Shown in pieces: positions 29,287-39,231 of a DNA stretch of 64,000 bases; the first letter of the stretch is position 1; each line of letters opens with the position of its first letter. The stretch is from Rickettsia sp. (GTDB taxonomy: Bacteria > Pseudomonadota > Alphaproteobacteria > Rickettsiales > UBA1997): positions 11,904 through 75,903 of the forward strand of contig JAYPPA010000005.1 in assembly GCA_038131245.1 (NCBI GenBank). The letters are read 5' to 3'. The position numbers and the translations under genes were made by a program. Under the pieces are notes generated by a model. That model saw nothing but the letters and a program-made list of their open reading frames with translations. It searched no databases and was not told the DNA's origin.

Positions 29287-30582
29287 ATGAAAAAAGATAG
29301 GATAGCCGTAATATCAGGATATAGAAGTGCAATGGGTAAATCTGGAGGAGCATTGAAAAATGTCATCGCAAGCGATCTTGGCGCCAGGATATTGAAAGAA
29401 GTAGTTTTGAAATCAGAAATTGATCCAAAATTAATTGATGAAGTTATTGTTGGTAATGTTGCTCAGCCTGCAGATAGCGCCAATATTGCAAGAGTGATCG
29501 CTTTAAAAGCTGGTTTACCAGAAAGCGTCCCGGCATTCACTGTTCATAGAAATTGTGCTTCTGGGATGGAAGCTTTTACAACTGCGGCTTGTAAAATTCG
29601 AAATGGAGAGTCTGAGGTTGTGGCTGTTGGCGGGGTTGAATCTATGAGTAATATACCATTTTTTTATGGCAAGAAAATGACGGAATTATTTGTTGCCTTA
29701 TTTGGAGCAAAAACACTTTCTCAAAGATTGGCCGTTTTATCTAGGTTCAGGCTTGGTTACTTAAAGCCAATAATTGGTATACAGCAAGGACTTACTGATC
29801 CGATTTCTGGCTTGATAATGGGCTGTACTGCTGAAAATGTTGCTAGAGAATTTTCAATTTCACGAGACGAGCAAGATCATTTTGCTTTAAATAGTCATAA
29901 AAAAGCCCAAAAAGCCCAAGAATCCGGTATATTTGATCAAGAAATAATTGCTGTTCATAATAATGATGAAAAAAATAGCAAAATGATTGATCAAGATGAA
30001 GGAATTAGGAAAAATCAGAAAATTGCAGATCTAGCTAAGCTAAAACCTTATTTTGAAAAAATAACAGGAAGTGTAACTGTTGCAAATTCGTCGCAAATTA
30101 CTGATGGAGCGGCTTTTTCAATTTTAATGAAAGAGTCAAAAGCAAAAGAGCTAAATCTAGAGCCACTAGGTTATATTACTGATTATGCTTATGCTGGTTT
30201 AAATCCTGCTGTAATGGGGCTTGGTCCAGTATATTCAACTGCGAAATTATTAGCAAACAGTAAATACAAAATGTCTGATTTTGACTTGATAGAGCTTAAC
30301 GAGGCGTTTGCTGCTCAGGCTATTGGGTGCGTTAAAGCTTTTTCGAGTGAAAAATTTGCAAAAGAAAATTTAGATTCAACATCTGCTTTAGGTTCAATTG
30401 ATGAATCTAGGCTTAATGTTAATGGCGGAGCAATTGCGCTTGGCCATCCAGTTGGAATGACTGGTGCAAGAATTATTATTCATCTTTTAAGAGAGCTAAA
30501 AAGAAGAGGTAAAAATACCGGGCTTGCTACGCTATGCATTGGCGGTGGACAGGGTGGCTCTGTCGCATTAGAAGTTGAATAG
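29287..30582 (+). CDS. Acetyl-CoA C-acyltransferase (thiolase)
   Basis: 431 aa. It has the active-site Cys context HRNCASGMEA, NVNGGAIALGHPVGMTGARI and CIGGGQG. Confidence 0.9.
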   Translation: MKKDRIAVISGYRSAMGKSGGALKNVIASDLGARILKEVVLKSEIDPKLIDEVIVGNVAQPADSANIARVIALKAGLPESVPAFTVHRNCASGMEAFTTAACKIRNGESEVVAVGGVESMSNIPFFYGKKMTELFVALFGAKTLSQRLAVLSRFRLGYLKPIIGIQQGLTDPISGLIMGCTAENVAREFSISRDEQDHFALNSHKKAQKAQESGIFDQEIIAVHNNDEKNSKMIDQDEGIRKNQKIADLAKLKPYFEKITGSVTVANSSQITDGAAFSILMKESKAKELNLEPLGYITDYAYAGLNPAVMGLGPVYSTAKLLANSKYKMSDFDLIELNEAFAAQAIGCVKAFSSEKFAKENLDSTSALGSIDESRLNVNGGAIALGHPVGMTGARIIIHLLRELKRRGKNTGLATLCIGGGQGGSVALEVE

Positions 30583-30612
30583 TAGAATTTTATATTAATA
30601 AATAATTTAAAT

Positions 30613-31164
30613 ATGATAGACGAAATATCAAAAAAAACAAAAGTTAGAATGGAAGACACTATGGGATCTTTAAATAGAGATTTGGATTCAATTTCAACAG
30701 GAAGAGCCAATCCTGCGGCTTTAGATACTGTTAAAGCTGAGGTTTATGGCTCGTTAATGCCATTAAATCAGTTGGCTAGTGTTTCGACTGCTGATGCTTC
30801 GACTTTGACTGTACAAGTTTGGGATAGAAGTAATGTTAAGGCTGTTGAAAAGGGCATTATCAACTCAAATCTTGGCTTTAATCCAATGGTTGATGGTCAA
30901 CTTTTAAGAATTTCCATTCCAAAATTATCTCAAGAAAGAAGGTTGGAGCTTTGTAAATTAGCTAAAAAATATGGCGAAGATAAAAAAATCGCTATTCGTA
31001 ACATTAGAAGAGACTCCATTGATGATTTAAAAAAGCTCGAAAAAGATCTTGGTAAAGATACAATTCATGGACATAGCGAAGCAATTCAGAAAATTACTGA
31101 TGAATATGTCAAAAAAATTGATGATGAAGTATCTAAAAAAGAAAAAGACTTAATGAAGGTTTAA
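30613..31164 (+). CDS. frr: Ribosome recycling factor
   Basis: 183 aa. It has GRANPAALDTVKAEVYG and IRNIRRD motifs and sits in frr-uppS-cdsA synteny. Confidence 0.95.
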   Translation: MIDEISKKTKVRMEDTMGSLNRDLDSISTGRANPAALDTVKAEVYGSLMPLNQLASVSTADASTLTVQVWDRSNVKAVEKGIINSNLGFNPMVDGQLLRISIPKLSQERRLELCKLAKKYGEDKKIAIRNIRRDSIDDLKKLEKDLGKDTIHGHSEAIQKITDEYVKKIDDEVSKKEKDLMKV

Positions 31165-31871
31165 TGACTCAAGAATCTCAGGGCGACACTGCTAAGCATG
31201 TTGCAATAATAATGGATGGGAATTATCGCTGGGCAAAGAAACAGGCTATGCCTTTTAAAAATGGTCACAAAAAGGGCGCGGACAATATTGAAACCATAGT
31301 GAAGGCCTCAATTGATCGTGGCGTAAAATATTTGACCTTATATGCTTTTTCTTCGGAAAATTGGGATCGCCCAAAGGAGGAGGTTGATTATTTAATGGAT
31401 CTTCTTGATGATTATTTGACAAATGACATTAATAAAATTCTAAAGCATAATGTTAAGATTTTAATTTCTGGAGATTTGGAAAGATTGAAAGACAAATCTA
31501 AGAAAAAAATCGATAAAATAATAGAAAAAACCAAAGATAATGATGTTTTGACAGTAAATATTGCTTTTAGTTATGGCTCTAGGCAAGAATTAACCTCAGC
31601 AGTTAATAAATTATTTCTTGCAGTTAAAGATAAAACTAGTAATATAGAATATGAAGATATTCAAAAATATTTTTATCAGCCAAATTTACCAGATCCAGAT
31701 TTATTAATTAGGACTGGAGGCGACAAAAGAATAAGTAATTTTTTGTTGTTGCAGATGGCTTATACTGAGTTTTATTTTACTGATATATTATGGCCGGATT
31801 TTTCCAAGAAAGATTTGGATGAGGCCTTAAATGACTTTAATCAAAGAGTAAGGAAATATGGTAAAAGATAA
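31164..31871 (+). CDS. uppS: Di-trans,poly-cis-undecaprenyl-diphosphate synthase
   Basis: HVAIIMDGNYRWAK, LTLYAFSSENW.RP and IRTGG..R.SNFLL match UppS. Confidence 0.95.
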   Translation: MTQESQGDTAKHVAIIMDGNYRWAKKQAMPFKNGHKKGADNIETIVKASIDRGVKYLTLYAFSSENWDRPKEEVDYLMDLLDDYLTNDINKILKHNVKILISGDLERLKDKSKKKIDKIIEKTKDNDVLTVNIAFSYGSRQELTSAVNKLFLAVKDKTSNIEYEDIQKYFYQPNLPDPDLLIRTGGDKRISNFLLLQMAYTEFYFTDILWPDFSKKDLDEALNDFNQRVRKYGKR

Positions 31872-32604
31872 CAAAAATACCGATGTTAACTCTGCTAACG
31901 GTGGTGTTTACGATAAAATTGAAAGCTTGAAAAATTATTTTAAGCCAAGCGATTGTCGAGTAACGCAGCTAAAGAAAAGAGTCGTCAGTTCGTTAATACT
32001 AATTCCTTTTGCTATATATGCCATTTTATTTTCTAAAAGTTTATTTATATTCTTTGCTGTGGCGATGGCTATTTTGATGACTTTTGAATGGTGCGACATG
32101 TCTATTGAGCGCCGAGGAAAAGCCAAATGGCGCCTAATTGGATTCTTATATATAATATTTCCAATATTTTGCTTAATAAAAATTAGATTGATTGATTCTG
32201 ATGTTTTATTTTGGATGTTTTTGGTGATTTGGTCAACGGATATTTCCGCTTATTTTACTGGAAAGGTGATTGGTGGACCTAAATTGGCTCCATCAATTAG
32301 TCCAGGAAAAACTTGGTCAGGATTTTTCGGCGGAGTTGCTGCTGCGATAGTAATTGGGTTTTTTACAGCCTTTATGTTTGTCGGAGATATGGTATTTTTT
32401 ATAATATTATCAACAATTCTTTCAATTGCCTGTCAAGCTGGAGACTTAATGGAGTCCAAATTTAAGAGGATTTTTAATGTCAAGGATTCAAGCAATATAA
32501 TCCCAGGACATGGAGGAATTTTAGATAGAATGGACGGAGTAATGCTTGCTGCGCCTGTATTATTATTGGCAATTACTATTTCTGGTGGGCAGTTTGGTCT
32601 TTAG
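31858..32604 (+). CDS. cdsA: Phosphatidate cytidylyltransferase
   Basis: A polytopic membrane protein with the C-terminal signature SKFKRIFNVKDSSNIIPGHGGILDRMD. Confidence 0.9.
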   Translation: MVKDNKNTDVNSANGGVYDKIESLKNYFKPSDCRVTQLKKRVVSSLILIPFAIYAILFSKSLFIFFAVAMAILMTFEWCDMSIERRGKAKWRLIGFLYIIFPIFCLIKIRLIDSDVLFWMFLVIWSTDISAYFTGKVIGGPKLAPSISPGKTWSGFFGGVAAAIVIGFFTAFMFVGDMVFFIILSTILSIACQAGDLMESKFKRIFNVKDSSNIIPGHGGILDRMDGVMLAAPVLLLAITISGGQFGL

Positions 32605-32715
32605 GTGAATAATCTAATAGGTGCTATTTATTGCTGTAAAACCTATATAAATAGCCATTTCCTACAAAATATTTCACAAATTTAGTAAAAATTACCTTAA
32701 AATCTTCGAAATTTG

Positions 32716-32744
32716 TTGACATTTCTTAAAAAAGGTGATATAAT
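32716..32744 (+). promoter_or_regulatory. Near-consensus sigma70 promoter upstream of ppdK
   Basis: TTGACA (32716-32721), a 17-nt spacer, then TATAAT (32739-32744) with an extended -10 (TGATATAAT). It lies 39 nt upstream of the ATG. Confidence 0.5.
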
Positions 32745-32782
32745 TTAACGGTGGAATTTGTCTTTTAATCAATAAAGTAAAA

Positions 32783-35449
32783 ATGGCTCATAAATTTGTT
32801 TATTCATTTGGCAGCGATAAGTCCGAAGGCGACTCTTCGATGAAAAACCTACTTGGTGGAAAGGGCGCTAATTTGGCTGAAATGTGTAATATGGGCCTGC
32901 CGGTACCTCCTGGATTTACAATTACAACTGAATTATGTACAAAATATTACGAAGATGGTAAGAAATTCCCAAAATCTTTGAATGATGAAATAGCTAAGGC
33001 TTTGGCTCAAATTGAGAAAGTTATTGGTTCAAATTTTGGTGATGCGAGTAATCCGCTATTATTTTCTGTTCGATCTGGGGCTAGGGCCTCTATGCCTGGG
33101 ATGATGGATACTGTACTTAATCTTGGCTTGAATGATGAAACCGTTCAAGGATTAGCCAATAAAAGTAATAACAAAAGATTCGCTTTTGATTCATATAGGC
33201 GCTTTATTCAGATGTATTCGGATGTGGTTTTGGGCGTTGATCATCACCACTTTGAAGTAATTTTAGATGAGAAAAAGCAAGAAATAGGCAAATATCAAGA
33301 TACTGATTTAAGTGCAGATGATCTTGAGGATCTATGCGTTCAGTTCAAGGAAAAAGTCAAGCAAGAATCTGGTAATGATTTTCCGCAAGATGTAAATGAG
33401 CAACTATGGGGAGCCATTGAGGCTGTTTTTGATTCGTGGATGAATGACCGCGCGATTACTTATCGTCAATTAAATGATATTCCGGCCGAGTGGGGTACTG
33501 CTGTGAATGTACAGTCTATGGTATTTGGTAATATGGGCGAGGATTGTGCGACGGGTGTGGCTTTTACGCGAAATCCTTCAACTGGAGAAAAGAGGCTTTA
33601 CGGCGAATATTTGATTAATGCACAAGGTGAGGATGTTGTTGCTGGGATTCGAACTCCGCAATCTATTACTAATGAAGGAAAGGCTGAGCTTGGTTCTGAT
33701 TTACCATCAATGGAAGAGTCAATGCCGGCGGTTTATGCTGATTTGCGAAATATTTATGAGAAGTTAGAGCTTCACTATAAAGATATGCAAGACATTGAAT
33801 TTACTGTGCAAAATGAAAAGTTGTGGATGCTTCAAACTAGAAGTGGCAAGAGAACTGCTGCTGCGGCGGTAAAAATTGCTGTGGATATGGTAAGTGAAGG
33901 CTTGATTGATAAGAAAGAGGCAGTAAAAAGAATCAATCCAGAAAGTCTTGATCAACTTTTGCATCCAACTTTAGATCCAAATGCTAAAAAAGATGTGGTG
34001 GGTAAGGGCTTGCCGGCTTCTCCTGGGGCGGCTTCTGGGAAGGTGGTGTTTACATCTAAAGATGCTGAAGCTTGGGTTTCTCAAGGTGAAAAGGTAATTT
34101 TAGTTAGAGTTGAAACTAGTCCGGAGGATATTAAGGGGATGCATGTTTCTGAAGGGATTTTGACTGCGCGTGGTGGGATGACTTCGCATGCGGCTGTTGT
34201 GGCTAGGGGCATGGGGACTCCTTGTGTTTCTGGGGCTTCTGATATTGTAGTTAATTATTCTTCAAAAGCTTTGCAAGCTGGAAATTCAACGATTCACGAA
34301 GGTGACACAATTACTATTAATGGTTCAACTGGTGAAGTTATTAAAGGTGTGGTTGCTACTTTAAAGCCGAATCTGTCTGGAGATTTCCAAAAAATTATGG
34401 ATTGGTGTGATGAGATTAGGACATTAAAGGTTAGAACTAATGCTGAAACGAAATTAGATTGTCAAACTGCGCGTGATTTTGGGGCTGAAGGGATTGGGCT
34501 TTGCCGAACTGAACATATGTTCTTTGATGAAGATCGTATTACATCGGTTCGTGAAATGATCTTGGCAAAGGATAGTAAAGGTAGAAAAGTTGCTTTAGAT
34601 AAGCTTTTACCTATGCAAAGGCAAGATTTTGTCGAGATTTTTAATGTTATGGAAGGTTTGCCAGTTACAATAAGGCTTCTAGATCCGCCACTTCATGAGT
34701 TTTTGCCGCATAAAAATGAAGAAATTATTGAGCTTGCGAAAATTATTGGTGTTAATGAATCTGATGTAAATCTTAGACTTACTAGCCTAAAAGAGGAGAA
34801 TCCGATGCTTGGCCATCGTGGCTGTAGGCTTGGAATTTCTTACCCTGAAATTTATGCAATGCAATTTAGGGCGATCTTTGAAGCGGCAATGCAGGTAAAA
34901 TCTCAAGACAAAAAAGAGGTCTTGCTTGAAATTATGATACCTTTGGTTGCAACTAGAAAAGAGCTTGAGATTTTGAAGAATTTGGCTGATAAAACTTACG
35001 GCGAGGTTAAGGCTGAGTCCGGAGTTGAGCTTGACTATATGGTTGGAACCATGATTGAGCTTCCTAGAGCGGCATTGATGGCTGATGAAATTGCTAATGA
35101 AGCGCAGTTCTTTAGTTTTGGTACGAATGATTTGACGCAAACTACTTTTGGACTTTCTAGGGATGATTCAGGAAATTTCCTTGGTCATTATCAAAGTGCT
35201 GGAATTTTTGAGAAAGATCCATTCGCACAGCTTGATCGTGAGGGAGTGGGGCAGCTTATCAAAATTGCGGTAGAAAAGGGTAGAAAAACCAGACCTAACA
35301 TTAAGCTTGGGATTTGTGGTGAGCATGGGGGCAATCCTTCTTCGATAGAATTTTGTCATCAAGTTGGACTTGATTATGTTTCGTGTAGTCCTTATCGCGT
35401 GCCAATTGCAAGACTGGCTGCGGCTCAAGCGGCTTTGTCAACAAAATAA
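32783..35449 (+). CDS. ppdK: Pyruvate, phosphate dikinase
   Basis: 888 aa. It has the ATP-grasp N-terminus ([12 protein letters not shown]), the phosphohistidine swivel motif [13 protein letters not shown] and the PEP-utilising C-terminal TIM barrel (GICGEHGG). Confidence 0.95.
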   Translation: MAHKFVYSFGSDKSEGDSSMKNLLGGKGANLAEMCNMGLPVPPGFTITTELCTKYYEDGKKFPKSLNDEIAKALAQIEKVIGSNFGDASNPLLFSVRSGARASMPGMMDTVLNLGLNDETVQGLANKSNNKRFAFDSYRRFIQMYSDVVLGVDHHHFEVILDEKKQEIGKYQDTDLSADDLEDLCVQFKEKVKQESGNDFPQDVNEQLWGAIEAVFDSWMNDRAITYRQLNDIPAEWGTAVNVQSMVFGNMGEDCATGVAFTRNPSTGEKRLYGEYLINAQGEDVVAGIRTPQSITNEGKAELGSDLPSMEESMPAVYADLRNIYEKLELHYKDMQDIEFTVQNEKLWMLQTRSGKRTAAAAVKIAVDMVSEGLIDKKEAVKRINPESLDQLLHPTLDPNAKKDVVGKGLPASPGAASGKVVFTSKDAEAWVSQGEKVILVRVETSPEDIKGMHVSEGILTARGGMTSHAAVVARGMGTPCVSGASDIVVNYSSKALQAGNSTIHEGDTITINGSTGEVIKGVVATLKPNLSGDFQKIMDWCDEIRTLKVRTNAETKLDCQTARDFGAEGIGLCRTEHMFFDEDRITSVREMILAKDSKGRKVALDKLLPMQRQDFVEIFNVMEGLPVTIRLLDPPLHEFLPHKNEEIIELAKIIGVNESDVNLRLTSLKEENPMLGHRGCRLGISYPEIYAMQFRAIFEAAMQVKSQDKKEVLLEIMIPLVATRKELEILKNLADKTYGEVKAESGVELDYMVGTMIELPRAALMADEIANEAQFFSFGTNDLTQTTFGLSRDDSGNFLGHYQSAGIFEKDPFAQLDREGVGQLIKIAVEKGRKTRPNIKLGICGEHGGNPSSIEFCHQVGLDYVSCSPYRVPIARLAAAQAALSTK

Positions 35450-35451
35450 AC

Positions 35452-35937
35452 ATGTTTAGATCATACATTAAAACTCCAATTGGTGAATTATTGGCAGTTG
35501 CAAATGATGAATCTCTTTACATGCTTGATTTTTCTGACCTAGAAAATATCGATAAAAAACTGGCGAAAATATCTAAAAATCAAGAAATTAAATCTGGTGG
35601 TAATTTTGTTATTGAGCAAATTGATTCTGAATTAAAGGAATATTTTGCTGGGAATTTGAAAAAGTTCAAAACTAAAGTTACTTTAACTGGCACTGAATTT
35701 CAAAACTCGGTTTGGCAGGCTTTATTGGACTTGAAATATGGCGAGACTATTTCTTATATTGATTTGGCTAAGAAAATCGGCAATGAAAAAGCAGTTAGAG
35801 CGGTCGCAAGCACAGTTGGCGCAAATCCACTGCCAGTTATTATACCATGCCATAGGATTATTGGCAAAGATGGCTCTTTGACTGGATATTCTGGCGGAAT
35901 AGATAAGAAAAAGTTTTTATTGGAATTAGAGGGGTAA
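35452..35937 (+). CDS. ogt: Methylated-DNA--protein-cysteine methyltransferase
   Basis: 161 aa. It has the active-site IPCHRII and GANPLPVIIPCHR, and starts 2 nt after the ppdK stop. Confidence 0.9.
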   Translation: MFRSYIKTPIGELLAVANDESLYMLDFSDLENIDKKLAKISKNQEIKSGGNFVIEQIDSELKEYFAGNLKKFKTKVTLTGTEFQNSVWQALLDLKYGETISYIDLAKKIGNEKAVRAVASTVGANPLPVIIPCHRIIGKDGSLTGYSGGIDKKKFLLELEG

Positions 35938-35940
35938 TGG

Positions 35941-35973
35941 ATTGCCACGTCGCCTTTGGCTCCTCGCAATGAC
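35941..35973. repeat. GC-rich imperfect palindromic element between ogt and the alkylation-repair gene
   Basis: ATTGCCACGTCGCCTTTGGCTCCTCGCAATGAC has terminal arms ATTGC/GCAAT and shares the 8-mer TTGCCACG with the element at 22762-22769. It generates the spurious peptides MAPRNDE (+) and SLRGAKGDVAIH (-) seen in the ORF track. Confidence 0.6.
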
Positions 35974-35982
35974 GAAGACACT

Positions 35983-37071
35983 ATGGAACTTTTAAAAAAC
36001 TATTACAGCAAAGAATATATCGCAAAAATTGCTGATATATTTGCTAAAAATCATTCTAAATTTAATAAAAATAACTTCTTAAGCTCGGTTTTTGATGAAA
36101 ATTGGCAAGATAGAGAGCTAAAAGAGCGAATGAGGCATTTGACGACTTGTCTAAAAAAAGAATTGCCTAAAAAATATGAAGAAGCGATTGGAATTTTGGT
36201 AAAAGCTGCACCTAAAACTGATAAAATTGCTAAAAATAGCGGTTTTTTGAATATGTTTTTCCCGGATTTTGTCGAAGTTTATGGAATTGATTATTTTGAT
36301 GAATCGATGGATGCTTTAGAGGAATTTACTAAATATTCATCTTCTGAATTTGCGATAAGGCCTTTTATTGCTAAATATCAAGAAAAAACAATGAAACAAA
36401 TGCTAAAATGGGCAAAGTCGGATAATTATCATGTTCGAAGGCTTGCTAGTGAGGGCTGTCGGTCGAGACTTCCTTGGGCAATGGCTTTGCCGGAATTTAA
36501 GAAGGATCCAACTTTAATTCTGCCAATTTTAGAAAATCTAAAAGATGATGAAAGTGAATATGTCAGAAAATCAGTTGCAAATAATTTGAATGATATTTCC
36601 AAAGATAATCCGGATATTGTTATTGATATTGCTAAAGAATGGCTAGGAAGCAATAAAAATCGAGATAAATTGGTAAAACATGCTTGTCGGACGCTTTTAA
36701 AGGCAGGAAATAAAGAGATTTTAGAGATTTTTGGTTATGGTAATAGCGATTTTGAAATTAAAGAATTGACAATTCCTCAAAAAAATGTTATAATAGGAGA
36801 GGACCTAATATTTAATTTGGCGCTAGAAATTAAAAAACCCGCAAAAGTCCGCTTGGAATATCTTGTGCATTATCTAAAGTTTAATCAGAAATATTCGGCT
36901 AAAGTTTTTCAAATAAAAGAAGGTAATTTTAAGCAAGGTGAGATAAAATTTACCAAGAAACATTCATTTAAGGAAATGACGACGCGAAAACATTATGCTG
37001 GTGAGCATTTTCTGGCTTTAGTTGTTAATGGGGTTGAGCAGGATAGGGTTGGTTTTATGGTTGAGGAGTGA
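35983..37071 (+). CDS. DNA alkylation repair protein (HEAT-repeat, AlkC-like 3-methyladenine glycosylase family)
   Basis: Start trimmed to the ATG at 35983 (MELLKNYYSKEY). SSEFAIRPFI, HVRRLASEGCRSRLPWA and EYVRKSVANNLNDISKDNPD match the DNA-alkylation-repair HEAT-like family as I recall it. Confidence 0.7.
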   Translation: MELLKNYYSKEYIAKIADIFAKNHSKFNKNNFLSSVFDENWQDRELKERMRHLTTCLKKELPKKYEEAIGILVKAAPKTDKIAKNSGFLNMFFPDFVEVYGIDYFDESMDALEEFTKYSSSEFAIRPFIAKYQEKTMKQMLKWAKSDNYHVRRLASEGCRSRLPWAMALPEFKKDPTLILPILENLKDDESEYVRKSVANNLNDISKDNPDIVIDIAKEWLGSNKNRDKLVKHACRTLLKAGNKEILEIFGYGNSDFEIKELTIPQKNVIIGEDLIFNLALEIKKPAKVRLEYLVHYLKFNQKYSAKVFQIKEGNFKQGEIKFTKKHSFKEMTTRKHYAGEHFLALVVNGVEQDRVGFMVEE

Positions 37072-37094
37072 GATTCTTCACAAAGAAAGAACTA

Positions 37095-37140
37095 CCCCGT
37101 CTGACCTTCGGTCATCCACCCCTTCAAGAAGGGGAATTTT
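37095..37140 (+). terminator. Tandem GC-rich hairpins downstream of the alkylation-repair gene (terminator-like)
   Basis: The first hairpin is TGACC-TTC-GGTCA (37102-37114). The second is CCCCTT-CAAG-AAGGGG (37119-37134), followed by AATTTT. Confidence 0.4.
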
Positions 37141-37212
37141 AACCGAACTTGTTTAAATCTACCTTTTTACAAGGGAAGTTGTATAGCGTTCTCTAATTTA
37201 GGAAATGACAAA

Positions 37213-38394
37213 ATGTATATGAAACATTATGATGTAATAATTATAGGAGGAGGGGCTGCTGGGTTAATGGCAGCTGTTGAGGCTTCGAAAAGAGGTAGAA
37301 AAACTCTAATTATAGAAAAATCAAAATCTGTAGGTGAAAAAATCCGGATTTCTGGCGGTGGGCGCTGTAATTTTACTAATTTAAAAGTTACTAAGGATAA
37401 TTTTCTGTCAAATAATCCTAATTTTTGCATTTCGGCGTTAAAGAGATTTACTGAAAATGATTTTATAGCAATGGTAGAAAGGCATGGCATAAAATATCAT
37501 GAGAAGACTTTGGGGCAATTATTTTGCGATATTTCGGCTAAGCAAATAATACAGATGTTTTTGGATGAATGCGAAAAATATGGCGCCGAAATTATTTTGA
37601 ATTGCGATATAGCTGAAATTTCTAAGAATGATGGTTTTGAGATAAAAACTAGTGAAGGTGATTTTGATTGTGAGTCTTTAGTTATTGCAACTGGGGGATT
37701 GTCGATTCCAAAAATGGGAGCTACGGATTTTGGCTATCAGGTTGCTCGGCAGTTTGGGATTAATGTTGTTGAAACTGATCCGGCATTAGTGCCGCTGACA
37801 TTTGATGAGAATATGTTGAACTTGGCTAAAGATCTTGCTGGGGTTAGTGTTTTTGCTAAAGTTTCCATTGGCAAGCGTTCTTTTAGCGAAGGGGTTTTGT
37901 TTACTCATAGAGGGCTTAGCGGGCCAGCGATCTTGCAAATTTCGTCATATTTAAAGAAAGGACGAGCTATAGAAATTAATATGGCGCCTAAGATTGATGT
38001 TTTTTTGGGACTTAGACAAAGAAAAGAAGAGTCGCCGAAATCAGAAATTGTGACGGTTTTGTCGGAAATATTACCAAAAAGATTGGCGGCATTTATTGCT
38101 CAAATTAATAATGTTTCTGGTAAGCTGGCTGATATTTCTAATAAAGATTTGGAAAAAATAGCTAAAAATATTAATTCTTGGCAAATTATCCCAAATGGCA
38201 ACGAAGGTTATTCTAAGGCAGAGGTTACCATTGGCGGCGTTGATTGTGACGAGATTTCTTCGAAAACTTTTGAAGCAAAAAAAGTACCAGGGCTTTATTT
38301 TATTGGTGAAGTTTTAGATGTGACTGGACATTTAGGTGGCTTTAATTTTCAGTGGGCATGGTCTTCGGGGTTTGCTTGCGGTGGGTGTGCTTAA
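37213..38394 (+). CDS. NAD(P)/FAD-dependent oxidoreductase, HI0933/YhiN (BaiN-like) family
   Basis: 393 aa. It has YDVIIIGGGAAG, ISGGGRCNFTN, TGGLSIPKMGATDFGY and GEVLDVTGHLGGFNFQWAWSSG. Confidence 0.8.
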   Translation: MYMKHYDVIIIGGGAAGLMAAVEASKRGRKTLIIEKSKSVGEKIRISGGGRCNFTNLKVTKDNFLSNNPNFCISALKRFTENDFIAMVERHGIKYHEKTLGQLFCDISAKQIIQMFLDECEKYGAEIILNCDIAEISKNDGFEIKTSEGDFDCESLVIATGGLSIPKMGATDFGYQVARQFGINVVETDPALVPLTFDENMLNLAKDLAGVSVFAKVSIGKRSFSEGVLFTHRGLSGPAILQISSYLKKGRAIEINMAPKIDVFLGLRQRKEESPKSEIVTVLSEILPKRLAAFIAQINNVSGKLADISNKDLEKIAKNINSWQIIPNGNEGYSKAEVTIGGVDCDEISSKTFEAKKVPGLYFIGEVLDVTGHLGGFNFQWAWSSGFACGGCA

Positions 38395-38397
38395 GAA

Positions 38398-39231
38398 TTA
38401 ATCTGCGCATAAAATATTGACAGCAAAATAGTCTTTAAATCCATCTATTTTGGTTAAATCTCTTTCGTTATCTTTTAAATAATATAGATCAACATTACTT
38501 TCTTGTGCGAATTTTTTAACTATGCTAATTGGCGAGGAAATGTATATTGATGAGAAAAAATTAATTTCACCAGAGTGTATAACTGCGACTAAATAACCTT
38601 TTTTATTATATAAAGGCGAGCCGCTATTGCCCTTTCTTCCTTTGGGTGATAGGCTGCGTATTGTTTCTATTCTATTACCATTAAAAATTTTATATGACTT
38701 AAGATTTAGACCTTTGGCTTTGTCAAATATTCCTGCTTTTGATGTATAATTAGGAAAAATTAGAATATCTCTATATTTTGGTTCTTCATTACTAATTATG
38801 GCAAACTTTTTTCTATTGGCAGAGGTTTTTATAAAGGCGAGATCTCCTTTTGATCTTTCAAGGGTGGATATTAATTTTCCTAAATATACATTATTTTTAT
38901 CGGCAACGGCAAGGTTTTTACAGCCTTCAACAACATGTTCATTTGTTAAAACAACATCTTGGTTTACAAAAGTTCCAGTTCCTCTAGCCCAGTATCTTGA
39001 TCCATTATACTCAAGACCTACTCGCGACATATCTGTAAAATATGGCTTTATAAATCCACCTAAGCCACCAAACATTACTAGAAAAATTACAATAACGATT
39101 ATGGCTATATATTTTCTGTCTTCATAGCTATCGCAGCGATTTCGAAAATATACGGCGCCAATTATGGTAATAACCATTATTGTTGCATATAAAAAATATT
39201 CGCTTATGAAAAATAATATTAAATCAATCAT
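38398..39231 (-). CDS. Membrane-anchored trypsin-like (S1) serine protease
   Basis: The ATG at 39231 gives MIDLILFF, and a GTG alternative lies at 39240. It has two N-terminal TM helices. The catalytic residues sit in LTNEHVV (His), GDLAFIK (Asp) and GNSGSPL (Ser). It overlaps the 3' end of the upstream symporter gene. Confidence 0.7.
   Translation of the reverse strand: MIDLILFFISEYFLYATIMVITIIGAVYFRNRCDSYEDRKYIAIIVIVIFLVMFGGLGGFIKPYFTDMSRVGLEYNGSRYWARGTGTFVNQDVVLTNEHVVEGCKNLAVADKNNVYLGKLISTLERSKGDLAFIKTSANRKKFAIISNEEPKYRDILIFPNYTSKAGIFDKAKGLNLKSYKIFNGNRIETIRSLSPKGRKGNSGSPLYNKKGYLVAVIHSGEINFFSSIYISSPISIVKKFAQESNVDLYYLKDNERDLTKIDGFKDYFAVNILCAD

Noticed and set aside
35754-35982. Minus-strand 75-aa ORF and the 9-codon extension MAPRNDEDT of the alkylation-repair gene
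   Set aside because: Both are generated by the GC-rich palindromic element, and the minus ORF is antisense to the ogt active-site region. The ATG at 35983 is the more plausible start.
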